Shown: positions 49,538-60,103, numbered from the stretch's first letter. The stretch is DNA of 64,000 bases from Gammaproteobacteria bacterium (GCA_965207545.1 CBDBMS010000003.1:525433-589432), one strand, 5' to 3'. The notes: a model not told the origin generated them from the letters alone. Numbers and translations are program-made.

Positions 49538-50455
49538 ATGCCTAAAATGAAGAAAAAACTGCCTAGTGAGCTTGTCGTCGCCGTCTCCTCCCGCGCACTC
49601 TTCGACTTTGAGGAAGAGAACCAAGTGTATGAAAAAGAGGGCACTGAGCAGTACGCCCAGCTGCAGAAGGAACGCATCGATTCTCCACCACCGTTGGGCA
49701 TTGCCTACAGGCTGGTTACGAAGTTGCTACGCTTCAATGCCGATGGACAAACCAGGGTCAGAATCATAATCGTCTCGAGAAACAATCCCGTCACGGGACT
49801 AAGGATTTTCAAGGCAATCGATCACTACGGCCTGGAACTCGGACAGGGCATATTTACAGCCGGAAAATCCCCGGTGCAGTATCTTGAGGCTATAGGCGCC
49901 CATCTCTATCTGTCTGCCCATGCCCCGCATGTACGCTCTGCGATTGAGCGCAATGTACCTTCGGCGCAGGTCTACACAGGAATAGGGCATGCGACATGCG
50001 ATGAAAGCGAGTTGAGGATAGCCTTTGACGGCGATGCAGTGTTGTTTAGCGACGAGGCTGAGAGGCTGTACCAGCAAGAAGGACTCAAGAGTTTCGTGCG
50101 CAACGAATCGGAGAAGGTGATGGAACCTCTGTCTCCCGGTCCGTTCAAGCATTTTCTTGCCGGCCTGCTGAACCTCAAGAGATCTCTGCCGCCAGATTTC
50201 GGGATGGGAATAAGAACCGCGCTGATCACGGCAAGAGCGGCTCCCGCTCATGAGAGGCCAATACGGACGCTAATGGACTGGGGGCTTGAGGTTGACGAGG
50301 CGTTCTACATGGCAGGCACCCCGAAAAGCAAAATGCTCCAGTCCTTCAAGCCCGACTTTTTCTTTGACGACAAGGTCGGCAACTGCGATGACGCGCTTGA
50401 CCATGCACCTACCGGACATGTTCACTACGGTGTTGCAAATCCTGCAAAGGCATGA
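49538..50455 (+). CDS. 5'-nucleotidase family protein (Pfam 5_nucleotid / PF06189-like)
   Basis: VAVSSRALFDFEEENQVYEKEG...IIIVSRNNPVTGLRIFKAIDHYGLE...FDGDAVLFSDEAE closely follows my recollection of this family. The start could be the second ATG at 49547. Confidence 0.7.
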   Translation: MPKMKKKLPSELVVAVSSRALFDFEEENQVYEKEGTEQYAQLQKERIDSPPPLGIAYRLVTKLLRFNADGQTRVRIIIVSRNNPVTGLRIFKAIDHYGLELGQGIFTAGKSPVQYLEAIGAHLYLSAHAPHVRSAIERNVPSAQVYTGIGHATCDESELRIAFDGDAVLFSDEAERLYQQEGLKSFVRNESEKVMEPLSPGPFKHFLAGLLNLKRSLPPDFGMGIRTALITARAAPAHERPIRTLMDWGLEVDEAFYMAGTPKSKMLQSFKPDFFFDDKVGNCDDALDHAPTGHVHYGVANPAKA

Positions 50456-51564
50456 TGAAGAGAGTATGTCTTGTGGGCGGAGGCCACACTCATGCGCTTG
50501 CACTGAAAGGCATTGCGGCAAGCCTGCCGCACCAGGCTGAAATCACGCTCATCTCTCCGTTCAGGTTTACCCCGTATTCCGGAATGATCCCGGGAACAAT
50601 CGAAACGATCTACCGTAAGGACGAGTTTCTGATTGATCTTGAGCGGCTCGCTCGCAACCTGAAAGTGTCTTGGCTGGAGGACGAGGTTGTAGCGTTGGAT
50701 GCGAAGCGGAACATGCTAACGTTGCGCAGCGGCAAGCTCCTTCCGTTTGACACGGTATCGCTCAACTTGGGCGGCGAGATGTCCGTCGTCATCCCGCAGG
50801 GCAAGGACTTGATGAAGGTCAAGCCGGTGAACGCTTTCCTTGAGTGGTTGAAATGGATCGACGACTACGATGGCGGAAGCTTGGACCTGTGTATTGTCGG
50901 TGGAGGCGCCGCAGGCATAGAAATCGCCTGTGCCTTACGGCAAAGGATATGCAGGCGCATCGGCAACTTTCCAGTCGACTGCAGGATAACCTTGATCGAG
51001 GCTGGAAACGGTTTGCTCAGAGGGCATTCGCCGCGTTTCGTCAGACGGATCCACAGGGCTTTGGCTTATCTGGGAATCAGCGTTCAGGTTGACAGCGAGG
51101 TCAGGGAACACCGGGATGGATCACTTCACACCAGTACAAACGAGGAGATCAGGGCGGACAAGGTGATTCTGGCAACACCGGTCAAGCCGCCCACACTGCT
51201 CAAGGATACCCAGCTGGATATTGATGAAGAGGGCTTCATCTCCGTAAACCGCTTTCTGCAAAGCATCTCGCACCCACATGTGTTTGCCTGTGGCGACGCA
51301 TGCAACATACTCGGCATGAGTTGCCCCAAGGCCGGCGTCTTTGCAGTCAGGCAGGCGGCAACCCTGAAGCGGAATATTGTTGCACACGTATTGCAACAGC
51401 CACTCAGGGAGTTTCCGTTCCAACCACGGCATCTGTCGATCATCAATCTCGGAAATCGCCGGGCAGCAGCGGCCTACGGAGCCTGGTGCTTTACGGGAAG
51501 ATGGGTCTGGTTCTGGAAGAACCATCTGGACCGCTCCTTCATGAACCGACTGGCAAGGGCATGA
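50452..51564 (+). CDS. FAD-dependent pyridine nucleotide-disulfide oxidoreductase (TIGR03169-like family, in some genomes found as an N-terminal fusion to SelD)
   Basis: 370 aa with VCLVGGGHTHA, YSGMIPG, a second dinucleotide loop IVGGGAAGIE, and ACGDA. ATGA overlap with the upstream gene. Confidence 0.65.
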   Translation: MMKRVCLVGGGHTHALALKGIAASLPHQAEITLISPFRFTPYSGMIPGTIETIYRKDEFLIDLERLARNLKVSWLEDEVVALDAKRNMLTLRSGKLLPFDTVSLNLGGEMSVVIPQGKDLMKVKPVNAFLEWLKWIDDYDGGSLDLCIVGGGAAGIEIACALRQRICRRIGNFPVDCRITLIEAGNGLLRGHSPRFVRRIHRALAYLGISVQVDSEVREHRDGSLHTSTNEEIRADKVILATPVKPPTLLKDTQLDIDEEGFISVNRFLQSISHPHVFACGDACNILGMSCPKAGVFAVRQAATLKRNIVAHVLQQPLREFPFQPRHLSIINLGNRRAAAAYGAWCFTGRWVWFWKNHLDRSFMNRLARA

Positions 51565-52310
51565 CGCTTGCTACAGGCCGGGTCCGGGAGATCTGTCGAT
51601 ATCCGATAAAAGGGTTCGCAGGCGAAATGCTGGACATGTGCAGGATAACGGCAGGCAAAGGCATTGCACATGACCGCAGATGGGGCGTAATCGCTACAAG
51701 CGACCGGGCGGAGGCGGAGACGGAGATGTTTCCTCCATGCACCATGTTCCATGCCTTGAAGAAAACACCGGCAGTTGCGGCAGTCAAGGCACAAGTCAGC
51801 GAAGACCGGATTTCGCTTTTGTACCAGGGGAACATAGTGTTTTCCGAGAAAATTTCCTCGCCAGCCCTGTGCACGGACATGGCCTTCTTGGTTAGCAAGG
51901 TGCTGGAACTTGACGATATAGCCGTGATCGACCATGGACATTCGCCGCTTTGGGACTATGAGGGAGCTCTTCTATCGATCATCAACATGGAAACCGTAAG
52001 AGAACTATCCGGAAAAATCGAGGTTGATCTTGATCCAGCCCGGTTCAGGGGCAATGTTATCGTAGAGGGACTGTCTCCCTGGAGCGAGATGGACTGGATC
52101 GGCAGGAAAATCCAGATTGGATCTGACTTGACAGTTCTAGTTGTTCGGGAGATCCCAAGGTGCAGGGCAACCTGCATCAATCCCGCAACTGCGGAGGAGG
52201 ATCACCCTGTTCCCCAATTGCTCAGAAAGCATTACGGTCATGCCAATCTGGGGGTACTCGGAGTGCCAGTAACCGACGGGGCGGTATCGGCTGGAGACCT
52301 GCTACAGTGA
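51561..52310 (+). CDS. MOSC-domain protein (MOSC_N beta-barrel plus MOSC, no ferredoxin domain)
   Basis: The start is set at the ATG at 51561 ([19 protein letters not shown]), which overlaps the upstream stop (ATGA). The conserved Cys context is [11 protein letters not shown]. The ORF-track start at 51300 lies inside the oxidoreductase gene. Confidence 0.75.
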   Translation: MTLATGRVREICRYPIKGFAGEMLDMCRITAGKGIAHDRRWGVIATSDRAEAETEMFPPCTMFHALKKTPAVAAVKAQVSEDRISLLYQGNIVFSEKISSPALCTDMAFLVSKVLELDDIAVIDHGHSPLWDYEGALLSIINMETVRELSGKIEVDLDPARFRGNVIVEGLSPWSEMDWIGRKIQIGSDLTVLVVREIPRCRATCINPATAEEDHPVPQLLRKHYGHANLGVLGVPVTDGAVSAGDLLQ

Positions 52311-54091
52311 ACCGGCTTTCGGAATGTCTTAGTCCATATCTGCTTCAGCATGCGGAAAATCCGGTCGAATGGCATCCGTGGGATGAGAAGGCCTTTGCAA
52401 TGGCACGGGAACAGGATCGCCCAATTCTCCTGTCGATAGGATATGCCGCATGCCACTGGTGCCACGTCATGGCACATGAGTCATTTGAAGATGAGAATAC
52501 CGCTCGGATGATGAATGAGAATTTCGTCAACATCAAGCTGGATCGCGAGGAACGCCCAGACATCGACCATATCTATCAGGTGGCACACCAACTCATGACC
52601 AGGAGAAGTGGCGGATGGCCACTCACTGTCTTCATGGATCCGAAACAGGTGCCCTTCTTCATTGGCACATATTTCCCTCTGCAGGAGGGACGGGGAATGT
52701 CCTCATTCCTGCAGGTTCTCATGGCCATGTCCGACATATGGGCAAACCGAAGAAAGGACATCGACAGACAGGGACAATCAGTCTGTCAGGCACTTGAAGG
52801 GATGGAACAGGGTGGCGTAGGCGCTGGAAAAACACTCGACTCAGATCTCGTTGCGCGCGGGCTGGAAAGGATCAGGAGAAACATTGATCCCATCAAGGGT
52901 GGATTCCAAAGCGCGCCGAAGTTTGCACATCCGACGGCAATGGAATTCTGCCTCTCACAGGCAATATCAGAAAAAAACGACAAGCTACTGAAAGAAATAA
53001 CAAATACTCTTACGATAATGGGAAGAAGCGGCTTGTTCGACCATGTTGGAGGAGGTTTCTTCAGATACTGTGTCGATGAAGACTGGCAAATCCCGCACTT
53101 TGAGAAGATGCTTTACGACAACGGTCTTTTGCTTAATCTCTATGCACTGGCCTACGAGGCGACTGGCGATACCCACTACCGCGAATGGATTGAAATGACG
53201 GCAGCATGGGCCATCAGGGAAATGCAATCCCCGGATGGAGGATTCTTCTCATCGCTTGATGCGGATAGCGAGGGAAGGGAGGGATCTTTCTACGTCTGGA
53301 ATGCCGATGAGATCAAGTCTGTCCTGAACAGCGAGGAGTTTGAATTGGCATCGGCGCTGTTCAGGCTTGATCTTGAACCGAACTTCGAAGGGAGGCGCCA
53401 TCTGACGGTAACAGGCAAGGAGCCTGTCATGGGGATGGATGCCTTCTGCAGTGACAAGGCACGGTCGGTCCGCAACAAGCTGCTTCAGGCAAGGGCAAAG
53501 CGGACAAGACCCGGATGTGACGACAAGGTGCTCACCGCATGGAATGCGCTGATGGTCAAGGGGCTGCACCGGGCTGGAAGAGTCCTGGGAGATCCTGAAC
53601 TGGAAAAGAACGCCCTGTACAGCCTTGGATTCATCAGGGAAAGAATGTGGGATGGGTCAAGACTGCTCGCTGTGCACCGAAATGGAACCTCCTACCAGAA
53701 TGGATATGTCAATGACTACGCCTATCTGCTGGATGCTCTGCTGGAGGTGCGGAAAGGAAAAACTCCGCCGGACTATCTTGACGGCATGGCGGTTGATGTT
53801 GCGAAGGCTCTCATTACGGATTTCGAGGATAGGGAACGGGGCGGATTCTTTTTCACCAGCCATGAACACGAAAAGCTGCTGATCCGGTTTCGAACCGCGA
53901 TGGATGACGTGATGCCGTCGGGAAATTCCGTCGCCGCAGCTGCGCTTGCATCGATTGGTGCGGAAATGCAGGAGCAGTCGTTCACGAAGGCGGCTTCCGA
54001 CTGCCTAGACAGTTTCGCAGGCAACATGGAAGACTATCCTCAGGGGATGGCGGGTATGCTCATGGCTCTTTCCAAGAGGGACACGGCATGA
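52307..54091 (+). CDS. thioredoxin-fold DUF255/YyaL (SPATA20-like) protein
   Basis: The start is set at the GTG at 52307, overlapping the MOSC stop (GTGA). The N-terminus reads [29 protein letters not shown]...[12 protein letters not shown], followed by a long alpha/alpha-toroid-like region. Confidence 0.75.
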   Translation: MNRLSECLSPYLLQHAENPVEWHPWDEKAFAMAREQDRPILLSIGYAACHWCHVMAHESFEDENTARMMNENFVNIKLDREERPDIDHIYQVAHQLMTRRSGGWPLTVFMDPKQVPFFIGTYFPLQEGRGMSSFLQVLMAMSDIWANRRKDIDRQGQSVCQALEGMEQGGVGAGKTLDSDLVARGLERIRRNIDPIKGGFQSAPKFAHPTAMEFCLSQAISEKNDKLLKEITNTLTIMGRSGLFDHVGGGFFRYCVDEDWQIPHFEKMLYDNGLLLNLYALAYEATGDTHYREWIEMTAAWAIREMQSPDGGFFSSLDADSEGREGSFYVWNADEIKSVLNSEEFELASALFRLDLEPNFEGRRHLTVTGKEPVMGMDAFCSDKARSVRNKLLQARAKRTRPGCDDKVLTAWNALMVKGLHRAGRVLGDPELEKNALYSLGFIRERMWDGSRLLAVHRNGTSYQNGYVNDYAYLLDALLEVRKGKTPPDYLDGMAVDVAKALITDFEDRERGGFFFTSHEHEKLLIRFRTAMDDVMPSGNSVAAAALASIGAEMQEQSFTKAASDCLDSFAGNMEDYPQGMAGMLMALSKRDTA

Positions 54092-55035
54092 GCGCTTCCA
54101 GCCACACGAAGCTTGCCATTATTGGCTCCGGACCGGCAGGCTGCACAGCATCGGTATATGCGAGCAGGGCGAATCTCAAGCCCATCATGATCACCGGCGT
54201 GGAGCGGGGCGGACAACTCACCACGACCACAGATGTTCAGAACTGGCCGGCCGACCCGAAGGGAGTTCAGGGTCCAGAACTTATGGAGCGTTTCATAGAG
54301 CATGCCTCCCAATTCGGGGGAACTGTTGTCAACTCGCATGTCAACAAGGTGAACCTTCTAACTCCGCCTTTCAGGCTTGATACTGACAGCGGCCTGATCA
54401 CATGTGACGCCCTGATCATATCAAGCGGAGCAAGCGCACAGTACCTGGAACTTCCCTCGGAAAAGAAGTTCCTCGGCCGTGGCGTTTCCGCCTGTGCCAC
54501 ATGTGACGGCTTCTTCTACAAAGACCAGAATGTGGCGGTTATTGGAGGAGGCAACACTGCGGCCGAGGAAGCGCTGTACCTGTCCAACATAGCCGCAAAG
54601 GTGACTCTGATACACCGCCGCGACACTTTTCGTGCCGAAGCCATTTTGCAGGATCGCCTCGCCAGGAAGAATGAACAGGGAAAGATTGACATCCTCTACA
54701 GCCATGTTCTTGAGGAGGTGATGGGAGACAGTGCTGGCGTCAACGGGATCAAAATCCTCGACAAGAAAGCGAAAAAAGCCAAGCGCCTGCAGGTACAGGG
54801 GGTTTTCATTGCAATCGGACACAAGCCAAACACGGAACTCTTCGTGGATCAGCTTGAGATGGAAAACGGCTACATAGTCACTAGGCGTGGAAGCGGCATG
54901 GGACAGACCGCCACCAGTTGCCCAGGTGTCTTTGCCGCCGGAGATGTACAGGACCGGATTTACAGGCAGGCTGTCACCAGCGCAGCAAGCGGATGCATGG
55001 CCGCATTGGATGCGGAACACTACCTTGCCGGATAA
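54088..55035 (+). CDS. trxB: thioredoxin-disulfide reductase
   Basis: 315 aa with GSGPAGCTA, the redox-active [16 protein letters not shown] and GDV. ATGA overlap with the upstream gene. Confidence 0.95.
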   Translation: MSASSHTKLAIIGSGPAGCTASVYASRANLKPIMITGVERGGQLTTTTDVQNWPADPKGVQGPELMERFIEHASQFGGTVVNSHVNKVNLLTPPFRLDTDSGLITCDALIISSGASAQYLELPSEKKFLGRGVSACATCDGFFYKDQNVAVIGGGNTAAEEALYLSNIAAKVTLIHRRDTFRAEAILQDRLARKNEQGKIDILYSHVLEEVMGDSAGVNGIKILDKKAKKAKRLQVQGVFIAIGHKPNTELFVDQLEMENGYIVTRRGSGMGQTATSCPGVFAAGDVQDRIYRQAVTSAASGCMAALDAEHYLAG

Positions 55036-55039
55036 CGAC

Positions 55040-55594
55040 GTGAAGAAGCCTGAGCGGTTCGCCGACCTAGTGCCGGGCGTAAAGCCTCTGGATGGTTCAG
55101 GAGAGGGAAAACCAAATTCAGACGAGGCGACAGTAGTAGTAACCGCAGACGTAAGGGTGGGCAAGGTCAGCCTGGAAAGTGACATTCTGCCTCCCTACAG
55201 CGAACAGAACCGGGAAAGCGCTCTCGAATATACTTCCAGGGAACACGAACTCCACCGGCTCCCGAGCATTTCCGACAAGGAAATCAAGCGCCTCAGACAA
55301 AGCAAGCCGGAAAGAAAGATTGATCTGCACAGCTACAATGCGGAAGAAGCCCATCGGGAGTTGGAGAGATTTCTAGGCAGTGCAATACATGACGGCATAA
55401 GAAAGGTTGAAGTTTGCCATGGCATTGGACATCACTCGCCGTCTGAAAGCCGCGGCATTCTGAAAGGCTTGACACGGTACTGGCTACAGTCCTCTACGTT
55501 TGTTCTGGCATACGTCACTCCAGAGAAGAACCGCGGCATGGTCATGGTGCTGTTAAGAAAATCCGGCAAAGGAGCTTCGCACCAAAAGCCTTGA
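55040..55594 (+). CDS. Smr-domain protein (SmrA/YdaL-like)
   Basis: The C-terminal Smr domain reads IDLHSYNAEEAHRELERFLGSAIHDGIRKVEVCHGIG...LKGLTRYWL. The start is set at the GTG at 55040, 4 nt after the trxB stop, with ATG 55010 (inside trxB) as an alternative. Confidence 0.65.
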   Translation: MKKPERFADLVPGVKPLDGSGEGKPNSDEATVVVTADVRVGKVSLESDILPPYSEQNRESALEYTSREHELHRLPSISDKEIKRLRQSKPERKIDLHSYNAEEAHRELERFLGSAIHDGIRKVEVCHGIGHHSPSESRGILKGLTRYWLQSSTFVLAYVTPEKNRGMVMVLLRKSGKGASHQKP

Positions 55595-55605
55595 CCACAA
55601 TTCCG

Positions 55606-56820
55606 TCAAGCCGTTGCAACCCGGCGGTGGTCATGCAGTATGGCCAGGGATATGATGAACGAGACCACGGAACAGCCCAATATCACGCTGACCATGGTAA
55701 GCGCGTTGCCGTTGAATCCGTCCAACGCCAGCCAGCCAGCCACCGCAGCAATCAGTAGCCTTATGCATCCGGTAATGCCACTGGCAGTTGCCATGTTCAA
55801 GGGTCTGCTCTTCATTGCGCCTACCTGTGAATTTGAGAGGACAAGTCCCACTCCAACCGTGAGAAAAAATGCGGGGATAAGGACGATTGGCAAGGACAAC
55901 ATGTCCATCACTGCGAAGGTCATCGAAGTCATCGAGGTGAGCAGCACAATCAATGAACCGATGAAAATGACCTTGTCCAGATCCATCCATCTTACCAAAC
56001 TGGCTCCGATCTGGGAGCCGGCGAAGAAACCCAGAGGAAGTACCGCGAATGTGAAGCCATAATGGGCCTGGCTGACCCCTAACGTGTTGATGATGATAAA
56101 ACTGTTGGCACTGATGTAGGCGAAGATGCCTGCAAACGAAAAGCTACCGGCAAGGCAGTACAAAAGAAAGGGACGATGGCGGAGGGCATCGGTGTGTGCC
56201 GCCATATATTCGGAAATCCCGCTCATCCGCACCCGGTCGAAGTGTGTCTCGGGAATGGTCAGATGGAAGATTCCTCCAACTACAAGTGCAAACAGGCCCA
56301 GTACATAGAATATCCCGTTCCAGTGGTGAACCACTATGACGGCGCTTCCGACGAGCGGCATAGTTGCAGGCAGGAGAGCCATGAAGCCTGCCAGTCTGCT
56401 AAGCATGGATGCCGCCATGCTGCGCCCATAGATGTCGCTGATGATGGCAGCTGCAAGTGTCGGTCCGGCTGACGCGCCAATCCCCTGGACGAACCGCCAT
56501 GCCGCCAGTTCGTTCAAAGATCCGCTTTGTACACAGCCGATGGTCGCCACAAGATACAGGGCTATGCCGACAAGAACCGGATGGCGGCGACCGTGCAGAT
56601 CAGACAGGATCCCACATATCAAGGTTCCTATGGCCGCTCCGAACACGAACGCACTCAGCACAAGCTGGGCCGCCTGCTCTGCAACGTCATAATCTCGCGC
56701 TATGCTGGGCAAGGCAGGCATTAGCGTGTCGACAGATACGGCCGCAAATCCGATAAGACAGAGGATTGCAAAAAGACCCAAAAGGGACACAGGCTCTTTG
56801 GATTTTGTCACGGAAACCAT
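55606..56820 (-). CDS. MFS transporter (Bcr/CflA-type drug resistance-like)
   Basis: 12-TM organisation with the motif-A-like stretch GILSDLHGRR. The start is set at the ATG at 56820 (MVSVTKSKEP). The 94-aa ORF-track extension has no MFS character. Confidence 0.75.
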   Translation of the reverse strand: MVSVTKSKEPVSLLGLFAILCLIGFAAVSVDTLMPALPSIARDYDVAEQAAQLVLSAFVFGAAIGTLICGILSDLHGRRHPVLVGIALYLVATIGCVQSGSLNELAAWRFVQGIGASAGPTLAAAIISDIYGRSMAASMLSRLAGFMALLPATMPLVGSAVIVVHHWNGIFYVLGLFALVVGGIFHLTIPETHFDRVRMSGISEYMAAHTDALRHRPFLLYCLAGSFSFAGIFAYISANSFIIINTLGVSQAHYGFTFAVLPLGFFAGSQIGASLVRWMDLDKVIFIGSLIVLLTSMTSMTFAVMDMLSLPIVLIPAFFLTVGVGLVLSNSQVGAMKSRPLNMATASGITGCIRLLIAAVAGWLALDGFNGNALTMVSVILGCSVVSFIISLAILHDHRRVATA

Positions 56821-57058
56821 TGAGGAATTGTACTTGGAGTGAACAGACAGAGCCGCCCCATAGTCTGCTGAAGGATTCTGCCTTTCTACATTGCGAAAGG
56901 GCACAGAGCCCGTGGAATGAATCCCTATATAATGAGTACATGGCTCCATCGCCCAGACATTGCCATGGTTTTTCCGGTTGCCGAAGCAGTCAGGCAGGCT
57001 GAACGGAAGAATCTCCTGCTGTTTGGGCAGCACGCCACTGAAAGGCCTTGAAACCGAG

Positions 57059-58231
57059 ATGAACATACAGCCACAACTTAATGAATGGAGGAAGGAGGCC
57101 ACGGAGTGGCGACAGGATCTACACAGACATCCCGAGATACTTTATGAGGTGCACCGAACTGCACGCATCGTAGCAGAGAAGCTGCGCGAATTCGGGTGCG
57201 ACGAAGTTGCCGAAGGCATCGGCCAGACTGGCGTGGTCGGCATAATCCGGGGAAAAGGAAAGGAATCCTCAGATGCCATTGGCCTTCGTGCCGACATGGA
57301 CGCATTACCCATCTACGAACAGAACAACTTTGCACACAAGTCGGTAGTCGACGGGAAAATGCATGCCTGCGGACATGACGGACATACCAGCATGCTGCTT
57401 GCCGCAGGAAAGCATCTCGCACAGACAAGAAACTTTTCCGGAACGGTTGCGCTGATATTTCAGCCGGCAGAGGAAGGCGGGGCAGGCGGCCTTGCGATGA
57501 TCGAGGATGGCCTAATGGAACGCTTCGGTATCGGAAGAGTCTTTGGAATGCACAACATGCCGGGGATCGACGTCGGAAAGTTTGCGATTCGTCCTGGCAC
57601 GCAGATGGCGGCAGCCGACTTCTTTGAAATCGGGATCGAAGGCTCTGGCGGACATGCGGCTCAGCCTCATCAATGCATTGATCCCATCTTGATCGGTTCC
57701 GAAATCGTGTCGACCGTCCAGACAATCGTGTCCCGTGAAACCGATCCGCTTACTCCTGCCGTTGTTTCTGTCTGCTCCTTTCATTCGGGAGACGCTCACA
57801 ATGTGATTCCATCTCATGCGATCCTGAAGGGAACGGCAAGATCACTTACGGAGGCGACCCGCAGCAGGATCGAGGCTCGCTTGGAAGAAATTTGCACACT
57901 CGTAGGCAAGGTTCACAATGCAAAGGCAACACTGAGTTACCGTCGCCTCTATCCCCCCACAGTCAACGATCCGGAGCAGACAACCTTTGCCGCCGGCATT
58001 GCACGACGTATTGTTGGCGATGGAAACGTTGATGACCAGACTGCACCTATGATGGGAGGAGAGGACTTTTCCTTCATGCTCGAGAGACGACCTGGCGCAT
58101 TCATGTTCATTGGCAATGGCGAATCCGCAGGACTGCACCATCCCCGCTACGACTTCAACGACGAGATTATTCCCCAAGGGGCAAGCTACTGGGTCGCTCT
58201 TGCTGAGGTGGCTCTGCCAATCCAGCCATAA
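57059..58231 (+). CDS. M20-family amidohydrolase (hippurate hydrolase / N-acyl-amino acid amidohydrolase-like)
   Basis: The start is set at the ATG at 57059 (MNIQPQLNEWRKEATEWRQDLHRHPEI). It has the metal ligands ACGHDGH and QPAEEGGAGG. Confidence 0.8.
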   Translation: MNIQPQLNEWRKEATEWRQDLHRHPEILYEVHRTARIVAEKLREFGCDEVAEGIGQTGVVGIIRGKGKESSDAIGLRADMDALPIYEQNNFAHKSVVDGKMHACGHDGHTSMLLAAGKHLAQTRNFSGTVALIFQPAEEGGAGGLAMIEDGLMERFGIGRVFGMHNMPGIDVGKFAIRPGTQMAAADFFEIGIEGSGGHAAQPHQCIDPILIGSEIVSTVQTIVSRETDPLTPAVVSVCSFHSGDAHNVIPSHAILKGTARSLTEATRSRIEARLEEICTLVGKVHNAKATLSYRRLYPPTVNDPEQTTFAAGIARRIVGDGNVDDQTAPMMGGEDFSFMLERRPGAFMFIGNGESAGLHHPRYDFNDEIIPQGASYWVALAEVALPIQP

Positions 58232-58260
58232 CGGTAGCTCAGGAAGACCAGGCAAATTCA

Positions 58261-58521
58261 ATGATGAACATAAACATTCTTTACTTCGCCAGTGTCCGGG
58301 AAAGGCTCGGCATCGATTCGGAGCGCGTCAGCGTAGGTGGTGAAGGACCCTGCATCAGCGATGTGATCGCGATCCTACGCAAAAGAGGCGGCATTTGGGC
58401 GAATCTGTTCGCATCGGACAGAAACATTCGCTATGCCTTGGATCAGGAGTTCGCCCAGCTTTCCGCGAAACTGAAACCAAACTCCGAACTGGCGGTCTTC
58501 CCGCCCATAACGGGGGGCTAG
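58261..58521 (+). CDS. moaD: molybdopterin synthase sulfur-carrier subunit
   Basis: 86 aa with a ubiquitin-like fold pattern. It starts INILYFASVRERLG and ends in the obligatory Gly-Gly (PPITGG). Confidence 0.85.
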   Translation: MMNINILYFASVRERLGIDSERVSVGGEGPCISDVIAILRKRGGIWANLFASDRNIRYALDQEFAQLSAKLKPNSELAVFPPITGG

Positions 58522-58542
58522 GCAATTCCAGCCCGCATACAG

Positions 58543-58995
58543 TTGTCGCGCCTTGACGCGCTAGCCGAGCTTCAACGTGTACATCAACAGGCTACCCGGC
58601 TTGGTCACGGGGCAGTTGCATCCTTCATCGGGGTTATGAGAGGGAATAGTCAGGTTACCGGTGAGAGGATTAACTTCATGACACTGGAACACTATCCCGG
58701 CATGACAGAAAAGAAACTGAAGGAATGCCTGACCCACGCTGTCGAAAGATGGGAGATTGAGGAGCCATTGGTGGTGCACCGGTCGGGGCGAGTTCAGAAA
58801 GGGGATGACATTGTTCTGGTTGCGGTATCCGCCGGCCACCGGAAGGAGGCTTTCGATGCCTGTGAGTACATCATTGACTATCTCAAAACACAGGCCCCTT
58901 TCTGGAAGAAGGAGATCACATCGTCGGGATCGCACTGGGTTGAGGCAAGACAAGACGACGATGTCGCATTTGAACGCTGGAAGGACGACAAATGA
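58543..58995 (+). CDS. moaE: molybdopterin synthase catalytic subunit
   Basis: GAVASFIGVMRGN...MTLEHYPGMTEKKL...SAGHRKEAFDACEYIIDYLKTQAPFWKKE is canonical MoaE. The TTG start is uncertain (see finding). Confidence 0.85.
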   Translation: MSRLDALAELQRVHQQATRLGHGAVASFIGVMRGNSQVTGERINFMTLEHYPGMTEKKLKECLTHAVERWEIEEPLVVHRSGRVQKGDDIVLVAVSAGHRKEAFDACEYIIDYLKTQAPFWKKEITSSGSHWVEARQDDDVAFERWKDDK

Positions 58996-59576
58996 GCGGT
59001 GATGCGCAACATCTGCTTTGGATTGCGCTAAGCGCTGCGCTGTTCAACAACATTGTCCTAGTCAACATGCTTGGACTTTGCCCAGTGATCGGCATCAGGA
59101 AAATATCCCTAGCTCTCGGAATAGGCATGGCCACAATCCTTGTGCTGACGACTTCAAGCGCGATTTCCTACATGTTTGAGGCCTACCTGCTTCCAGACGG
59201 CTGGAGATTCGCAAGGCCGTTGATATTGATCACTGTCATCGCCTTTCTGGTTCAAGTTACGGAACTCGCATGCCGCATCCTATTCCCGGCTCTTCATAGA
59301 AGCCTCGGTGTCTATCTGCCACTGATCGTAACCAACTGCGCGGTCCTCGGGACAGCGCTGCTCGCTACCCGGACAGACGGCGGACTGGTTGAGAGTGCAG
59401 TCTATGGGGCTGCGGGCGGGATCGGCTTTCTCATTGCAACGGTTCTTCTAGGCTGCATCAGTGAATCGACCATTGCAGAGCGTGTGCCCCAACCTTTCAG
59501 AGGAGCACCTCTAACAGTAATAACAGCCGGAATCATGTCTATGTCCATGCAGGGACTGGCTGGCATAGGGACATGA
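58992..59576 (+). CDS. rnfA: Rnf/Rsx electron-transport complex subunit A
   Basis: 194 aa with 6 TM helices and the stretches NNIVLVNMLGLCPVIG, LPLIVTNCAVLG and PFRGAPLTVITAGIMSM. ATGA overlap with moaE. Confidence 0.85.
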   Translation: MSGDAQHLLWIALSAALFNNIVLVNMLGLCPVIGIRKISLALGIGMATILVLTTSSAISYMFEAYLLPDGWRFARPLILITVIAFLVQVTELACRILFPALHRSLGVYLPLIVTNCAVLGTALLATRTDGGLVESAVYGAAGGIGFLIATVLLGCISESTIAERVPQPFRGAPLTVITAGIMSMSMQGLAGIGT

Positions 59577-60103
59577 CCTATGCAGTTCTCACTGCATTTG
59601 CAGCAGCCTTTCTAGGCTGGCTTCTAGGCTGGCTTGGCCGGCAGTCGTCAGATGCAACTGATGAACTGGCGCTAGTTGTCGACGGCATGCTTCCTGGAAT
59701 CCAGTGCGGACAATGCGGCTATCCAGGCTGCAGACCTTATGCGGAGGCCATGATTGCGAACCAAGCCCCGGTGACGCTATGTCCCCCAGGAGGATCACAA
59801 CTGGCTGCAAAGTTGGCAGAACTTCTCAATACCAACGCAAATCCTAAACGTGTGAAACCGGGCACAATGGCATACGCCCAAACCGCCTACATAGACGAGC
59901 CTGCCTGTATCGGCTGCAGCCTGTGTCTACCTGCCTGCCCCTTTGACGCCATAGTCGGATCCCAACAGGCACTGCACACTGTCATTGCCGAGCACTGCAC
60001 TGGGTGTGAACTATGTGTCCCGGTCTGTCCTGTGGACTGCATTTCAATGTTGCCGGCAAGCGATATGGAAAGGGTCATCCCAAGTGCGACACTACAGATA
60101 TGA
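59573..60103 (+). CDS. rnfB: Rnf/Rsx complex subunit B
   Basis: It has an N-terminal TM helix, the cluster motif CGQCGYPGCRPYAEA, and two ferredoxin motifs, CIGCSLCLPACP and CTGCELCVPVCP. ATGA overlap with rnfA. Confidence 0.85.
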   Translation: MTYAVLTAFAAAFLGWLLGWLGRQSSDATDELALVVDGMLPGIQCGQCGYPGCRPYAEAMIANQAPVTLCPPGGSQLAAKLAELLNTNANPKRVKPGTMAYAQTAYIDEPACIGCSLCLPACPFDAIVGSQQALHTVIAEHCTGCELCVPVCPVDCISMLPASDMERVIPSATLQI

